Of a DNA stretch of 64,000 bases, positions 47,734-58,879 are shown in pieces. A program made the translations under genes and the position numbers. Location: IMG/VR virus record IMGVR_UViG_3300023119_000004; one strand, given 5' to 3'. Numbering within the stretch: the first letter of the stretch is position 1; every line of letters begins with the position of its first letter. The DNA comes from a virus. Its lineage: Duplodnaviria > Caudoviricetes. Under the pieces are notes generated by a model, which did no database searches, was not told the origin of the DNA, and worked only from the letters and a program-made list of their open reading frames with translations.

Positions 47734-50247
47734 TTAAACAATAGTTAAATTACCAAGCATGGCTGAGTGAAGTGTACATTGATATACTAGTGCTGTATCA
47801 CTTGGTTCATGTGGTACTTCAAATATTTGTGTTCCTGTTTGCGATCCGCTTACTCCTTCACTAAATGTACTACCACCATCTTCTGTTCTAATTGCAAATG
47901 GATGTGAAGAACCTGTTGTATTTTTAAAGATATATGTTGCACCTCTGTAAAGTGTTAGATTCGGATTATCAGTTGTGTTGCTTACACCCGGACCTTCAAG
48001 TCTATAAGCAGTTGTACCACTGTTTGTAACTGTATAATGATAAACTGGTCCGCCAACAGCAACCCAGTTAGTGCCATTGTAATATGTCATGTCACCTTCA
48101 CTAGGACCAGTAACAACAACACCGCCTGCAATCGCGGCATTAACTGTAATATTACCTTCAGCGTCACTAGTTGTTGAAACGTTGTTACCACCAATAATTT
48201 TAATGCTTTCTTTATTTTCAACAGTACGCATTGTTGAATCATCTGCGCCAATAAAGAATGAATATGGTTGAGTTACTCCTTCAAATTGGGAACCGTTCCA
48301 CCATTGAATTTCACCAACTGATGAGTTATAAATTATATCACCTTTTTGTCCTACAAGAAGGTTAACACCGTCAGTATCAAAAATACCTAATCTTAATGGT
48401 GCTCTTTGAATTACAACAGCATTCGCGGCATCTAGTATCAAGTTACTTGCACTTGTTAATGTTGGAATACCTGTGCTTGATGAAACAATCTCATCTGCTG
48501 AAATTTGTGTAGCATTAATATTTGTAACTGCAAGTGTGTTAGTGTTTGCATCAAATGTGAAGTCTGCATCACCTGCTAACGATCCGCCATCATTATATTG
48601 TACTGTTCCACTAATACCACCCGGAGTGCTTCCACCTCCTCCAGTTGATGTAATTGTAATGCTATCTGCAACATTATCAGTTGTTAGTGTAATTCCAGAA
48701 CCTGCAACAAGTGTTAGTGTATCACTAATAGAATCTGCGGAAACTGTGTTTTGTCCTGCAACAGCAAAATTAACAAACGTATTTGTGCTTGAACTTACTG
48801 AAGTCCAAGATAATGTTCCGCTACCGTCTGTTACTAAAACTTGTCCGTTAAGTCCATCACCATTTGGTAAAATAAATGTTGTATTACCACTTAGTGTTGC
48901 CGGTGCTCTAAACGCTGAGTAGTTTTGATTATCACCAGCATAATATCTTACTTCACCTGCACTTGAAAGTTTAACATTATCATTAAATGTTACTTCGTTA
49001 CTAGTACCACTTACATTTCCGTTTACAGTAATATTTGTGGTAGTAAATGTTGTTGATGTTAGTACCTGTGTTGCAAGTGTGTTTGTACTAGGATTATATG
49101 TAATACCTGCGTCAGTATGTAATGTTTGCCCACCTGCACTACCTTGTGAAACAAAAGTTATAAACTGTGAAGTTGCAGTAGCATCAAACTGTGTGCTTAC
49201 AGTTGCCGCATCTAAGTTGTTTAGTGGTCTTGGTCTCCACTCACTATTACCGCCATTCCAACTTAATACATAATTGTCTTGTGGAGCAACAGTAATAACG
49301 TTTACATCATCTAAGTCACCAAGTTCTGCAATAGAACTAGAAACTGTACCCGGTTGCCATCTTTGATTTAAGTTACTCCAGATAAGTGCTTGTCCGTTGT
49401 TTGGACTTGCCGCATCTACATCTGTTAAATCATCTAATGCACCAACAGTAATTGTAACATTACCTTGTCCATCAGTTGTAGTAGTAATACCAGTACCACC
49501 TAAGAAACTAATTGTTTCATTGCTCGAAACTGTTTTTGCTTGTCCGTCATCACCAGCAGTTGACCAACCAGCAAACGCTGAGGATTCATTTTGTAAAGGA
49601 ACCCAAGAACCGCTGTGTGCAAAATATCCTTTGCCTGTTGCGTGTACATGAGCAAACATACCGTGGTATGTACTTGCATCTGGTAAATCTGCTTCTTCTG
49701 CAAATACGTTTGAGAAATAAACTTTACCAGTTGAATTAATATCTAGTTCAGTTGTATTACCTCTGCTTAAAATACTGTTTAGTGTATCTGCTTCTGTAAC
49801 AACGTTAGTTAATTTAAAGTTTCCTGAAGCATGATCGTAGTATAAAACTTTTCCATCATCTGTTGCACTAACATTATCAACATTAGATAAACTTGATAAC
49901 GTAGTACCTTGGATCCGAGCATCAACTCTAGCAGTTGAAAAATATAAGTTTGACAAGCCTTCATTAACTTGATCAGTAGTTGTACCAGCCGCTAAAAATC
50001 CTGTGTCGTTTGCAAACGCACTTAACGCTGTTGGTACAGTAGGAATAATTGGTTTGTTAGTAAGATCGTTATAGTCACCACTAAATGGATTGTTAAACGA
50101 AACTCCGTTAATTGTTACGTCAGTTGCATTAATTGATCCAACGTTAGTAACACCAGCACCACCTAGATCTAAATTATCACCTACCGGTAGTTCTTTAATT
50201 TTATTGTCATCGAGCGTGTCGACTATAAGTGGTATTCTATTTGCCAT
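47734..50247 (-). CDS. Tail fibre-like protein with C-terminal cupredoxin-like domain
   Basis: L.DL.DV repeats, S/T-rich beta segments; HPF...YQCTLHSAM. Confidence 0.7.
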   Translation of the reverse strand: MANRIPLIVDTLDDNKIKELPVGDNLDLGGAGVTNVGSINATDVTINGVSFNNPFSGDYNDLTNKPIIPTVPTALSAFANDTGFLAAGTTTDQVNEGLSNLYFSTARVDARIQGTTLSSLSNVDNVSATDDGKVLYYDHASGNFKLTNVVTEADTLNSILSRGNTTELDINSTGKVYFSNVFAEEADLPDASTYHGMFAHVHATGKGYFAHSGSWVPLQNESSAFAGWSTAGDDGQAKTVSSNETISFLGGTGITTTTDGQGNVTITVGALDDLTDVDAASPNNGQALIWSNLNQRWQPGTVSSSIAELGDLDDVNVITVAPQDNYVLSWNGGNSEWRPRPLNNLDAATVSTQFDATATSQFITFVSQGSAGGQTLHTDAGITYNPSTNTLATQVLTSTTFTTTNITVNGNVSGTSNEVTFNDNVKLSSAGEVRYYAGDNQNYSAFRAPATLSGNTTFILPNGDGLNGQVLVTDGSGTLSWTSVSSSTNTFVNFAVAGQNTVSADSISDTLTLVAGSGITLTTDNVADSITITSTGGGGSTPGGISGTVQYNDGGSLAGDADFTFDANTNTLAVTNINATQISADEIVSSSTGIPTLTSASNLILDAANAVVIQRAPLRLGIFDTDGVNLLVGQKGDIIYNSSVGEIQWWNGSQFEGVTQPYSFFIGADDSTMRTVENKESIKIIGGNNVSTTSDAEGNITVNAAIAGGVVVTGPSEGDMTYYNGTNWVAVGGPVYHYTVTNSGTTAYRLEGPGVSNTTDNPNLTLYRGATYIFKNTTGSSHPFAIRTEDGGSTFSEGVSGSQTGTQIFEVPHEPSDTALVYQCTLHSAMLGNLTIV

Positions 50248-50273
50248 TATGTTTTCCTATACTCATATTTATT

Positions 50274-51122
50274 TTATACTGCATTTGCAATTTCTCTCCA
50301 AGCACCATTTAAGTAAACTACCATAGTTTGAACACCATTAGTCATTGGATCCCAACCACTGCCGTCTGCTATTGCTACCATACCGTCTGCTGGTGATGTC
50401 GGAGCCGATGTTAGTACAGATAGTTTTGCTAATCCAGTTATGGAAACACCATATGATACAGTATCTAATTTAACATTATTTTGATAACGTAATTCTACAC
50501 CTTGACCAACAAGAAATCTTGCAAGTGTTCCACCACTTGTTCCATCAATAACAAAAGAATCTGGTGTTCTAACATATATAAATCCTCGTGAGTTCTGTAA
50601 TCTTGCATTTGCTCCGTCATGATAAAAATCTAAGTCACTATCCGTTCCTAAAAACAAATGATCGCTATCTTGAAATATAATGTCATTTCCATTGGTATCT
50701 AAGTTTCCACCAAGTTGTGGGGTTGTGTCTGAACTTAATTCTACAGTTGTTAAATAATCAGTCCCTGCAACCGCCTGTGAAATATTACCAGCACCGTCTG
50801 CTTTTACTAATCCGTTAATAGCACCTACAACTGGATCTGTTTCTACAACACTAATACCTGTTAGTGCTGAACCATCTATTGCAGGTAAAGCACCTGATAA
50901 GTTTGCCGCTGGAATCTTAGCATTGATAGCATCTACAAGTAGTGTACTATCTTCTGCAAAAACATTTCCGCTAACATCTGTTGCAACGTGTCCATCTTCA
51001 AGTGCTGTAAGTTTTGTATAAACTTCTGTAAAGTTAGTGTTTACTTTATTAAAGGCAACTCTAATTGGATCGCCATCACCCTTATTTGCACTTGACCCAA
51101 TGTTTATAGTTAGTTGTGCCAT
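50274..51122 (-). CDS. Baseplate/tail fibre protein (gp9/gp10-like N-terminus)
   Basis: INIGSSANKGDGDPIRVAFNKVN; VFAEDSTLLVD; D.TPQLGG.LD. Confidence 0.7.
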   Translation of the reverse strand: MAQLTINIGSSANKGDGDPIRVAFNKVNTNFTEVYTKLTALEDGHVATDVSGNVFAEDSTLLVDAINAKIPAANLSGALPAIDGSALTGISVVETDPVVGAINGLVKADGAGNISQAVAGTDYLTTVELSSDTTPQLGGNLDTNGNDIIFQDSDHLFLGTDSDLDFYHDGANARLQNSRGFIYVRTPDSFVIDGTSGGTLARFLVGQGVELRYQNNVKLDTVSYGVSITGLAKLSVLTSAPTSPADGMVAIADGSGWDPMTNGVQTMVVYLNGAWREIANAV

Positions 51123-54100
51123 TATACTCTCCCTACCACTGCTTCAATTACGCCATGTCCGGGATCGTCTTTGGCTTCTAGTGCTTTACCAATTACAGTA
51201 CCTACCTTAGCATTATTGTTTGCTATTGCAAATCCTGGAATACTTGCTGAAACTAACAAGTCTCCTTTCTTAACAATACCAACAACCTTAACTGGAGTAC
51301 GTCCTTGTAAAGCAACCGCTGTAACATGATTACCTTCTAACTGGCTGTTCATTAAGTGTGCAGGATTTTCTGAAACAACGCCTGCTACCCTTGTGTCGTC
51401 TTTCATCTTAGTAGTTGTAATTTCTTCTTCACCACCAAATATTAATACAGTACCTACTTCGTAATCTGCATCTGCTAGATAGTTCTCAGCCAAGTCAGCG
51501 TATCTTGCTTGTGTTGATGTTCCATCATAAACACCTGCGTAAAGTGTATTGTATCTTAATGAAGCAGTACCAATATTGTATGTGTTATTCTGACTTGGTT
51601 CAAATCCTGATGTTGTAGTTCTAAGAACCATTTCACCATCGGAAATTAATCCAATTTGTCCTGCGGCAGTATAACCTGTATTAGCACCAACTGATATACC
51701 TGTACTTGTTGCATCAAGTTCTCCTGGTGCTTCAATAAATGAACTGTGTATCCAATCTACAGCAAGTCTACTTTCACCTGCTAGTGCAGAGTTAGTTTGG
51801 AAGAATCCTTGTGTAACACCTGTGTTACCAATATTAACGCTTCCTGGAATTTCAACTGTTGGTGTAACTGTACCTGCTGATGAAAGGAATAATGCACCAC
51901 CAGGTGTAGTAAATTGAATTTCAGTACCACTAGTATCTGCAATCAAGTAACCATCAATCTTAAGTCCTTGCATATCAGCATTACCTAAGTTGTCAGTTTT
52001 AATTAATGAATTAATTGCACCAGTTGTTGTAACATTCTCTTGTACACCGCCACCTTCGTTAACGATTGTAGTAAATGGAATTTCTGTAACATCACCTGAA
52101 CTTGAATCACCACTTGCTCTACCTAGTGCAGTACCATCAGCAATATTAATAATTTTTCTGTAGTCTAATGCACCATTGTCAATAGTAATCCAGCCATTAT
52201 CTGCTGTAAAGATATCACTATCGAAACTAGCAACACCTAGGTCATTTTGTGTAATGCCTGTTGCGTTTGCTCTTGTACTTGCATTGTTAAGAGCAAGTTT
52301 AGTTTGTTGAATACCTGCGGCAGAATTAACGTCTGCATCAATAATACTGTCTGGTGCAATTCTGTATTCTACAGTTGCTCCATTAGCATCTCTCGATACT
52401 ACAATGTTAATATCACTTGCGGCATCTTCAACTAAGTTTGCCCATTCAAAGTGTGGACCGTCTTCCATCTGTGCCGAAACACCGCCGGTTGTTGTAATAA
52501 TATCTTGAGTATTAAATGTTCCACTTGCAGGAGTGTAAACTAACAAGTTGTAATTAACACCACCTACTGTAACATTTTCTACTGTAAGAATTGTACCAGT
52601 AGCATTTGTAAAGTTACCTGTAATAACATCGCCTGCTTGGAAGTTACCACCAATTGCTGGTTGTGTGTAAATTCTATATTTGCCTGTTGAACCAATTAAC
52701 TGATCAACATCTAAGTTGTTAAATTCAGTATCAACTAGTTCGCCAATTGTATCACCTTCTTTAATTAATCCATCAACATAAGATTTAGTTGCGGCATCCT
52801 GAGCACCTTGTGGATCACTTAGTGATTCAATTCTGTATCCACCAGCATTCAAGTTACCTGTCATTGATGTAGTACCATCACGTGCTAGTACACCTGGACC
52901 AATAATATTTGGATTTATATTTCCACCGTGGTCAAATCCTAAACGTCTAGTAACATAACCACGCACCGCTGATTCAACTGGAACTGTATCAGTTGAGTTG
53001 TCAGTCATGCCGTCATCGGCACTAAATTCTGCTACAACAACACCACGTTTAAATCCAATACCGTCCAAGTTACTTAATGCAATTGAAGCACTAAATGTAA
53101 CTGTACCAGTACCTTGGTCAACTGTAAAGAATCTACCTACGCGGAAGAAACCATCTTGGTCAGTTGATACGTAGAAACATCTACCTTTATCTCTTTCATC
53201 AACTTCTCTGTCTTGGTCTTTAGGTTGTGTTGCTTCACCTAGTACAACGTTCGGGAAGTTAGAAGTATTATAACCACCAGTACCAATATTTAGGAAGTCG
53301 TGTCCTGTTGCTCTACATAGTGAAATGTTAACAGTAATGTTACCACCTTCACCTGCGGCTAAACCTGCTCTTAGTGTTACGTTATTAGTTGCATTAACAA
53401 CAGTACTGTTTAGACCTGTACCAGCATAACTAGCATTAACGTTTGTACCAGCAACATCAGTAATTTGAATAGTACCATAACCAACACGTTGAGTATAATT
53501 TGTAATTTGATGTAGTTTACCATCCCAGGCAAAAATCATATCACCTGCGTTCAATCTATCAAGCACAGGTTGTGATAAGATACTAACAACAGCAATAACA
53601 ACGTCACCCTGTGTAGCACCCATTGTTGTTCCTACGCCTGCATAGGTATTAGTTGCGGCATTAGTATTATCAACAACTAGTTTAATGTATTCATATGGCG
53701 AATCAAATCTAGTAATCTTTTCTGTTCCTGGTAATGCATTACCTAACGCATCTGTTGTTCCAAATGATAATGTTCTATAAACTTTACCTGGGTTTTGGTC
53801 AAATATCAATGCTGAACTTGGTCTTGAACTTACTGACTCAACACCATCAATATGATGCGACAAGTTCATTCTAATCATACCAATTGAACCATCTACTGGA
53901 ACTGCTTTAAGTCCTGTTGTACTTGTACTATCTGTACCAGTTGTAGCAAGGTTTAATCTATAAACTGTGCCGTCAATGTATGCACTAGATTCAATCTGTC
54001 CTGTGTTTTGTACAGTTGTAATTTCGTAACGTGTTGTTCCTAATTGTCCACCATGGTCAATTTCAACTTCTGAGTTTGCTAGTGGTACAAATGGCAATTC

Positions 54101-57100
54101 GTACACATACATATAAAGTTGATCAAGAGCGTGTGTATAATCAGCACCGTCATCGTAAATTCTGATAGGACGTACCATGTCATGTTTAGTAGTAATAATG
54201 TCTGGTACTTCGTTTGGATCAGAGCCAGTTGCAACTAAACCGTATTCACCATATGCGTTAGAACCGTTTAGTGATCTAATTTCACCACCTTTGTCTGCGT
54301 AGTAAGCCGCTTGACAGTAGTAAGTAAATTGTGATACAAGTTCTGATAAACCAGTGTTAGTAACAACAGTACCGTAACCTAAGTCGTTAACCTGTGTAAA
54401 GTCGTTTGCCAACATTGATCTATTACCTGGTGTTTGTAATACAATGTGTGTTGGTAGTGGTTCACTAAATCCTGCACCACTGTTTGATGTTGGATCAAGT
54501 AATAGTGTAGCAGTACCTGCCTGCTGATCGTAATTTGTAAATGAGTTAACTTGGTAACGTTTACCTTGAATATAGAACGGACAAGGAACGTTTGGTTTCT
54601 TAATTCGTAAGCCTTCGCCTAATGCACTCTGTACGTTAATGCTGTATGCATTGTTAATGCCAGTTACAACAGTTCTCAAGTTACCAACGAAACCGTCGAT
54701 AAACATACCACCAGCAAACGTTTGTTTGTTTACTGATTTACTAAACGATGTACCAGTTTGCATATAAGGTGATTTAGTAAGCACAATACCTTCTGGATCT
54801 AGTACTGCCATAAATCCACCGTGTCCAGTAACACTCATATTTCTTAAGATAGTTGTGTCGTTCATTAAGAACACATCCATCTCATCGTTGTTCTTAGGTG
54901 GATTATAATCACTATCAAATGCGTATAATATTGATGTAATAAAGTTACTTACGATTGTTTGTACTGCTGTCGAAGATGCAATAACATTAGTATTGATGTA
55001 AGTTGCAATGTGTTGCATACCAGAACGACAGTCTGCGTCAATACCTGTTTGATTCCAGAACTTGCCTTGCATAGTAAGAACATTTTCTCTACCACCTTTG
55101 CGTAAGTCTGCAACAATAGCATCAACAATGTACCCTGTATCTCTTCTGCTCTTTGTTTCTTCAGTACCTGTTAGAACTCCAAGTGCATTAATGTGTGTAA
55201 CAACAGCGTCTTGGATATCTGATTTTGCTTCTGCAATAGCACTTGCTTCTGTATTATATCCGCCAGCATTAGTATATGAAGGACCAATGTCTGTTACAGA
55301 AGTATGATCTCTTAAGTAATGATAACCATAACTAGTTGAATCGAGTGCAGGTAAAACAGATAGACCATTTTGAATAACATTACTAATGATACCCATTAAT
55401 GTATCTACTTGTGTAGACGCCGCCGCTTCGCCGTTTGTACCAGAAATTGTTTGTGTAGTTTTAGACTGTAAAGATCCGTATGCAGTATTTGTTAAAATAT
55501 AATCTGTTACTAAATCTCTTGTAAAGTCAATTGCCGCCGCAGTTTGCCCTTCTTGTCCATTAATTAAACTTGAAGTACCTTCATAATAGCGTGAAGCATT
55601 AAAATGTGTCTTTTCATTTCCACCCCATTTTAGATCATAAATGATACCATCTAAAATAAGTCCTGTATCTCTTTCACATTTCTGTGCATCGTACGTAAAC
55701 CCTGACCAAATTCCTGTGTTTAAAGATATTTGGTAATTAATCCAAGCAATAGTTTCGTCTTTAATATATTCTTTATTATCTTCTAATAGTGAAATAGCAT
55801 CTGGATTGTAAGATGCTTTTAAATCCAATCCGTCAAACTCGGGCTCTCTATAGAAGTATGTTTCTGCCCAACGTGACTGTGAAACACCATCTTTTGGTTT
55901 AACAATAACACGTCTAAATTCGTCACCTTTTAGTGAAACACCTACTGGAACTTTAATTGGGAAGTGTTCAAAGTAAGTTCCACTTTCAATGTGGATACTA
56001 ATATTCTTAATTGTTAATCTACTGCCATATTGTAATTCTTCACCAACAACAAATTCTTTTGGTTCTAATAATTCAAGTTCAATAATATCAGCAACACCAA
56101 CATCACCGTCTCTGTCAACAGACACAATTCTACCAACTGCACCTGACTGCTTACCAATAATAAGTTTACCTGGAATTAAGTCTTGGTTTGTAACAACGTT
56201 TTGATCAACATAACCTTGTCCGCCATGTGAAATGTGTATTGTCCAAGTACTACCTTCAACAAGTTGTGGAGCCGCTGTTTTATAATCAGGACCAACAATA
56301 ATAGTTTTAATAATATCCCATTTAGCACCAACTGATGTTTGACCAACTAGATCGACAGTTTGGTTAGTGTCAACTTGTTGTGTATATGTAGATTGGTAAA
56401 GATTTGTTTCTAGTGTATTAGTAATAATTTTTGCGTGTAACTGTTTTGCAAAGTTAAGAGAAGCAATAGTTTCTGTTAACTGAGTTCTTCTTGCAATTTG
56501 ACCACTTGCTGAACTGTAGTATCTTAAACCAGCATTTCTACTGTGGTAGTTTGCAAGTGTGCTATCAAGAACATCAAGAACAATACCATCTGCAATAAGT
56601 CCTAGGTCTCTGCGGCATAGTTCTCTATCATATAACAACGATGGATATGTTTCATCGAGATATGCAATAGTTTCTTCAATTAAGAATTTTCTGTTTAGGT
56701 CTGTTAGAATTTTAACTTCTTCGTAACCGCTTGATGTAGTAACACCCGAATCTGTAACAAGACTTTTTCCTGCACCATTATTGTATGTAATGTCTTGTAC
56801 ATATGGTCCAACGCCCAATGGTGAAGTATCAATAATTTCTTCTGCTTTAGCACAGGCCGCCGCCAGTGTTTTGTAAGCATAGTTCCATGCTCTACCTTCT
56901 TGACCAACTGGAACATTAGCCATGCTGTCGTCACCACTTGTTGCAACATATAAATTAGCAACGGATGGAAACGCACTATTGTCTACATAAAGTTTTGTAG
57001 CCGCTTGTAAATCTGTTTCACCATTTGGTGTACCTGCACCTGCAAATGAACCTGGATGATCATGTAATGTTAATGCACCAACCATTGTGTCGCCTTGTCT

Positions 57101-57994
57101 ACGAACAACACTTTGTCTTGGCATTGCTTCTGTACTAATAAAGAAGCCTTGTAAACTTGAATCATACTCGGCATCAGTCATTGACTGCGTACCAGTACCT
57201 GTTCCTGTAGTTAAACTAATTTTAACTCTAGTTTCGTCGTCGTTATTTTGTGCTTCATCAAGAGTTGTATGAACACTTAATTGTGTGTCACTTACAAAGC
57301 GTAAGTAATATGTATTACCACTAACTAAACCAGTTGCATCAGTTCCTGTTGAATTATACTTGTATGCAATACCATTTGATGTAGAAGTAAATCCGTGTCC
57401 ACCATTAACAACAATATTACCATTTGCGTAACTGCTAATTACAAAAGTATAACTTGAAGCATCGGCAGGCTCTGTACGTACACGAACTTGTCCTTCAGCA
57501 CCTGGTGACCCAGCACTTCTTAAAAATCTACTATCTGCATACCCTTTGGTAATTACAAGATCATCAATATCAAAGTTAGTACCATGTGCAGAGTTTAACG
57601 AGTTTACAGCGGCTTGTGAAACTGCCGCGTTAGCAATAGCCTGGTTTGCCGCATTTAGAGGACCACCTAAACTTGGAACACCGTCTGTACTAACAACTGA
57701 ACTTGTATTTGAAATAACAATCTGTTCTGGACTTGTTGTTTGGATTGTCATACCTTGGCCAGCAACCAAAGTCTTCATTTCAATTGCACTACCTTGTGCG
57801 TTTGCCATTGGTACTGTATATGGTGTTAATACTGACGGAACATCACTTAAACTTGTAAAGTTAATTTGTCCACCGATACCAAATACTGCGTATAGTTCTG
57901 TAAAGTTTTCGTTTACTTTATTAAACGCTTCACGTATCGCGTCACCGGTATTATCGTTACCCTCTGTACCAATGTTAATAATCTGTTTTGCCAT
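51122..57994 (-). CDS. Very large virion/tail structural protein (2290 aa)
   Basis: INIGTEGNDNTGD.IREAFNKVN N-terminus; DAATK.YVD fibre motifs; beta-helix-like middle; C-terminal YADLAENY..D..Y..GTV. Confidence 0.75.
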   Translation of the reverse strand: MAKQIINIGTEGNDNTGDAIREAFNKVNENFTELYAVFGIGGQINFTSLSDVPSVLTPYTVPMANAQGSAIEMKTLVAGQGMTIQTTSPEQIVISNTSSVVSTDGVPSLGGPLNAANQAIANAAVSQAAVNSLNSAHGTNFDIDDLVITKGYADSRFLRSAGSPGAEGQVRVRTEPADASSYTFVISSYANGNIVVNGGHGFTSTSNGIAYKYNSTGTDATGLVSGNTYYLRFVSDTQLSVHTTLDEAQNNDDETRVKISLTTGTGTGTQSMTDAEYDSSLQGFFISTEAMPRQSVVRRQGDTMVGALTLHDHPGSFAGAGTPNGETDLQAATKLYVDNSAFPSVANLYVATSGDDSMANVPVGQEGRAWNYAYKTLAAACAKAEEIIDTSPLGVGPYVQDITYNNGAGKSLVTDSGVTTSSGYEEVKILTDLNRKFLIEETIAYLDETYPSLLYDRELCRRDLGLIADGIVLDVLDSTLANYHSRNAGLRYYSSASGQIARRTQLTETIASLNFAKQLHAKIITNTLETNLYQSTYTQQVDTNQTVDLVGQTSVGAKWDIIKTIIVGPDYKTAAPQLVEGSTWTIHISHGGQGYVDQNVVTNQDLIPGKLIIGKQSGAVGRIVSVDRDGDVGVADIIELELLEPKEFVVGEELQYGSRLTIKNISIHIESGTYFEHFPIKVPVGVSLKGDEFRRVIVKPKDGVSQSRWAETYFYREPEFDGLDLKASYNPDAISLLEDNKEYIKDETIAWINYQISLNTGIWSGFTYDAQKCERDTGLILDGIIYDLKWGGNEKTHFNASRYYEGTSSLINGQEGQTAAAIDFTRDLVTDYILTNTAYGSLQSKTTQTISGTNGEAAASTQVDTLMGIISNVIQNGLSVLPALDSTSYGYHYLRDHTSVTDIGPSYTNAGGYNTEASAIAEAKSDIQDAVVTHINALGVLTGTEETKSRRDTGYIVDAIVADLRKGGRENVLTMQGKFWNQTGIDADCRSGMQHIATYINTNVIASSTAVQTIVSNFITSILYAFDSDYNPPKNNDEMDVFLMNDTTILRNMSVTGHGGFMAVLDPEGIVLTKSPYMQTGTSFSKSVNKQTFAGGMFIDGFVGNLRTVVTGINNAYSINVQSALGEGLRIKKPNVPCPFYIQGKRYQVNSFTNYDQQAGTATLLLDPTSNSGAGFSEPLPTHIVLQTPGNRSMLANDFTQVNDLGYGTVVTNTGLSELVSQFTYYCQAAYYADKGGEIRSLNGSNAYGEYGLVATGSDPNEVPDIITTKHDMVRPIRIYDDGADYTHALDQLYMYVYELPFVPLANSEVEIDHGGQLGTTRYEITTVQNTGQIESSAYIDGTVYRLNLATTGTDSTSTTGLKAVPVDGSIGMIRMNLSHHIDGVESVSSRPSSALIFDQNPGKVYRTLSFGTTDALGNALPGTEKITRFDSPYEYIKLVVDNTNAATNTYAGVGTTMGATQGDVVIAVVSILSQPVLDRLNAGDMIFAWDGKLHQITNYTQRVGYGTIQITDVAGTNVNASYAGTGLNSTVVNATNNVTLRAGLAAGEGGNITVNISLCRATGHDFLNIGTGGYNTSNFPNVVLGEATQPKDQDREVDERDKGRCFYVSTDQDGFFRVGRFFTVDQGTGTVTFSASIALSNLDGIGFKRGVVVAEFSADDGMTDNSTDTVPVESAVRGYVTRRLGFDHGGNINPNIIGPGVLARDGTTSMTGNLNAGGYRIESLSDPQGAQDAATKSYVDGLIKEGDTIGELVDTEFNNLDVDQLIGSTGKYRIYTQPAIGGNFQAGDVITGNFTNATGTILTVENVTVGGVNYNLLVYTPASGTFNTQDIITTTGGVSAQMEDGPHFEWANLVEDAASDINIVVSRDANGATVEYRIAPDSIIDADVNSAAGIQQTKLALNNASTRANATGITQNDLGVASFDSDIFTADNGWITIDNGALDYRKIINIADGTALGRASGDSSSGDVTEIPFTTIVNEGGGVQENVTTTGAINSLIKTDNLGNADMQGLKIDGYLIADTSGTEIQFTTPGGALFLSSAGTVTPTVEIPGSVNIGNTGVTQGFFQTNSALAGESRLAVDWIHSSFIEAPGELDATSTGISVGANTGYTAAGQIGLISDGEMVLRTTTSGFEPSQNNTYNIGTASLRYNTLYAGVYDGTSTQARYADLAENYLADADYEVGTVLIFGGEEEITTTKMKDDTRVAGVVSENPAHLMNSQLEGNHVTAVALQGRTPVKVVGIVKKGDLLVSASIPGFAIANNNAKVGTVIGKALEAKDDPGHGVIEAVVGRV

Positions 57995-58003
57995 TTGCTA
58001 TTC

Positions 58004-58327
58004 CTAAAGTCCTATTGATTCCCCACAACCGCAACTTGATGTTGAAGCAGGATTTGTAATGTTGAAGTAAGATCCAAATAATTCTTTTTTGTAATCAACT
58101 GTTGATCCTATCAAATACATAATACTTGTACTATCTATAGCAAACTTGCCATTTTCTAGATCAATTACTTCATCGTTATCTTCTAGCGTGTCCTCTAATG
58201 ACCAATCATACATGAATCCTGCACAGCCACCACCTTTTAAGGATAGTTTTACGGCTGGTTTTTGATGCTCTTTAAGCATACTGTTTAGATGTTCTTTTGC
58301 AGAATCAGTTAATGTTACTACTGTCAT
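58004..58327 (-). CDS. iscA: A-type Fe-S carrier (IscA/HesB)
   Basis: GGGCAGF.Y, G..VDY, NP...CGCGES. Confidence 0.92.
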   Translation of the reverse strand: MTVVTLTDSAKEHLNSMLKEHQKPAVKLSLKGGGCAGFMYDWSLEDTLEDNDEVIDLENGKFAIDSTSIMYLIGSTVDYKKELFGSYFNITNPASTSSCGCGESIGL

Positions 58328-58379
58328 TTTTAAAACCTCTCATTGTTATTTACCTTTATTTCTATAATCTTAATGTAAT

Positions 58380-58387
58380 TATAAATA
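58380..58387 (+). promoter_or_regulatory. Late promoter (exact T4 consensus)
   Basis: TATAAATA-8 nt-ATG. Confidence 0.6.
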
Positions 58388-58395
58388 TATGTGTT

Positions 58396-58686
58396 ATGTT
58401 TTTAAGAACCGAGCAAAAAATTCAGTACTACCTACGTAAAGGTAAGAAGGGTCAGCACCATCCTTATAAACGTAAGAAGACGATTGTGTTCTTCGAATGT
58501 GATAATTGTCACGAAGAATTTACCCGTGACAAAGGACAAGTAGATCCTAAACGTTTAAATGATGATTATTCACACGTTTGCCCTAAGTGTGATCCTAAAA
58601 GATTTGCACAGAAAAAAGGTGTGCAACAACGAAAGAAATTAAACTTGCCTGTAGATAGTATGGACGTTGACATTAGCAGTCTATAA
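58396..58686 (+). CDS. Basic Zn-ribbon protein
   Basis: CDNC...CPKC; start MFLRTEQ at 58396 rather than the track's 58297. Confidence 0.75.
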   Translation: MFLRTEQKIQYYLRKGKKGQHHPYKRKKTIVFFECDNCHEEFTRDKGQVDPKRLNDDYSHVCPKCDPKRFAQKKGVQQRKKLNLPVDSMDVDISSL

Positions 58687-58714
58687 CTTTTTAATGCCAA
58701 CTCCATTTAACTAA

Positions 58715-58879
58715 TTATTCGGACTTCCAAATAGTCCAAGCACCGTATGCGATTGCCCCGTATGCGAATAGAGCCGCGATAGGTTTAAAAATAAGAAAAG
58801 TTAGTCCGGCTACTACTAATACTACACCGTCTAATGTTGTACGCTCTTTTAAACGAGCATTAATCCATTTTTGTAACAT
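58715..58879 (-). CDS. 54-aa membrane protein (missed by ORF track)
   Basis: MLQKWINARLKERTTLDGVVLVVAGL...GAWTIWKSE; TATAAATA (58903-58910) plus AAGGAG RBS. Confidence 0.7.
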   Translation of the reverse strand: MLQKWINARLKERTTLDGVVLVVAGLTFLIFKPIAALFAYGAIAYGAWTIWKSE

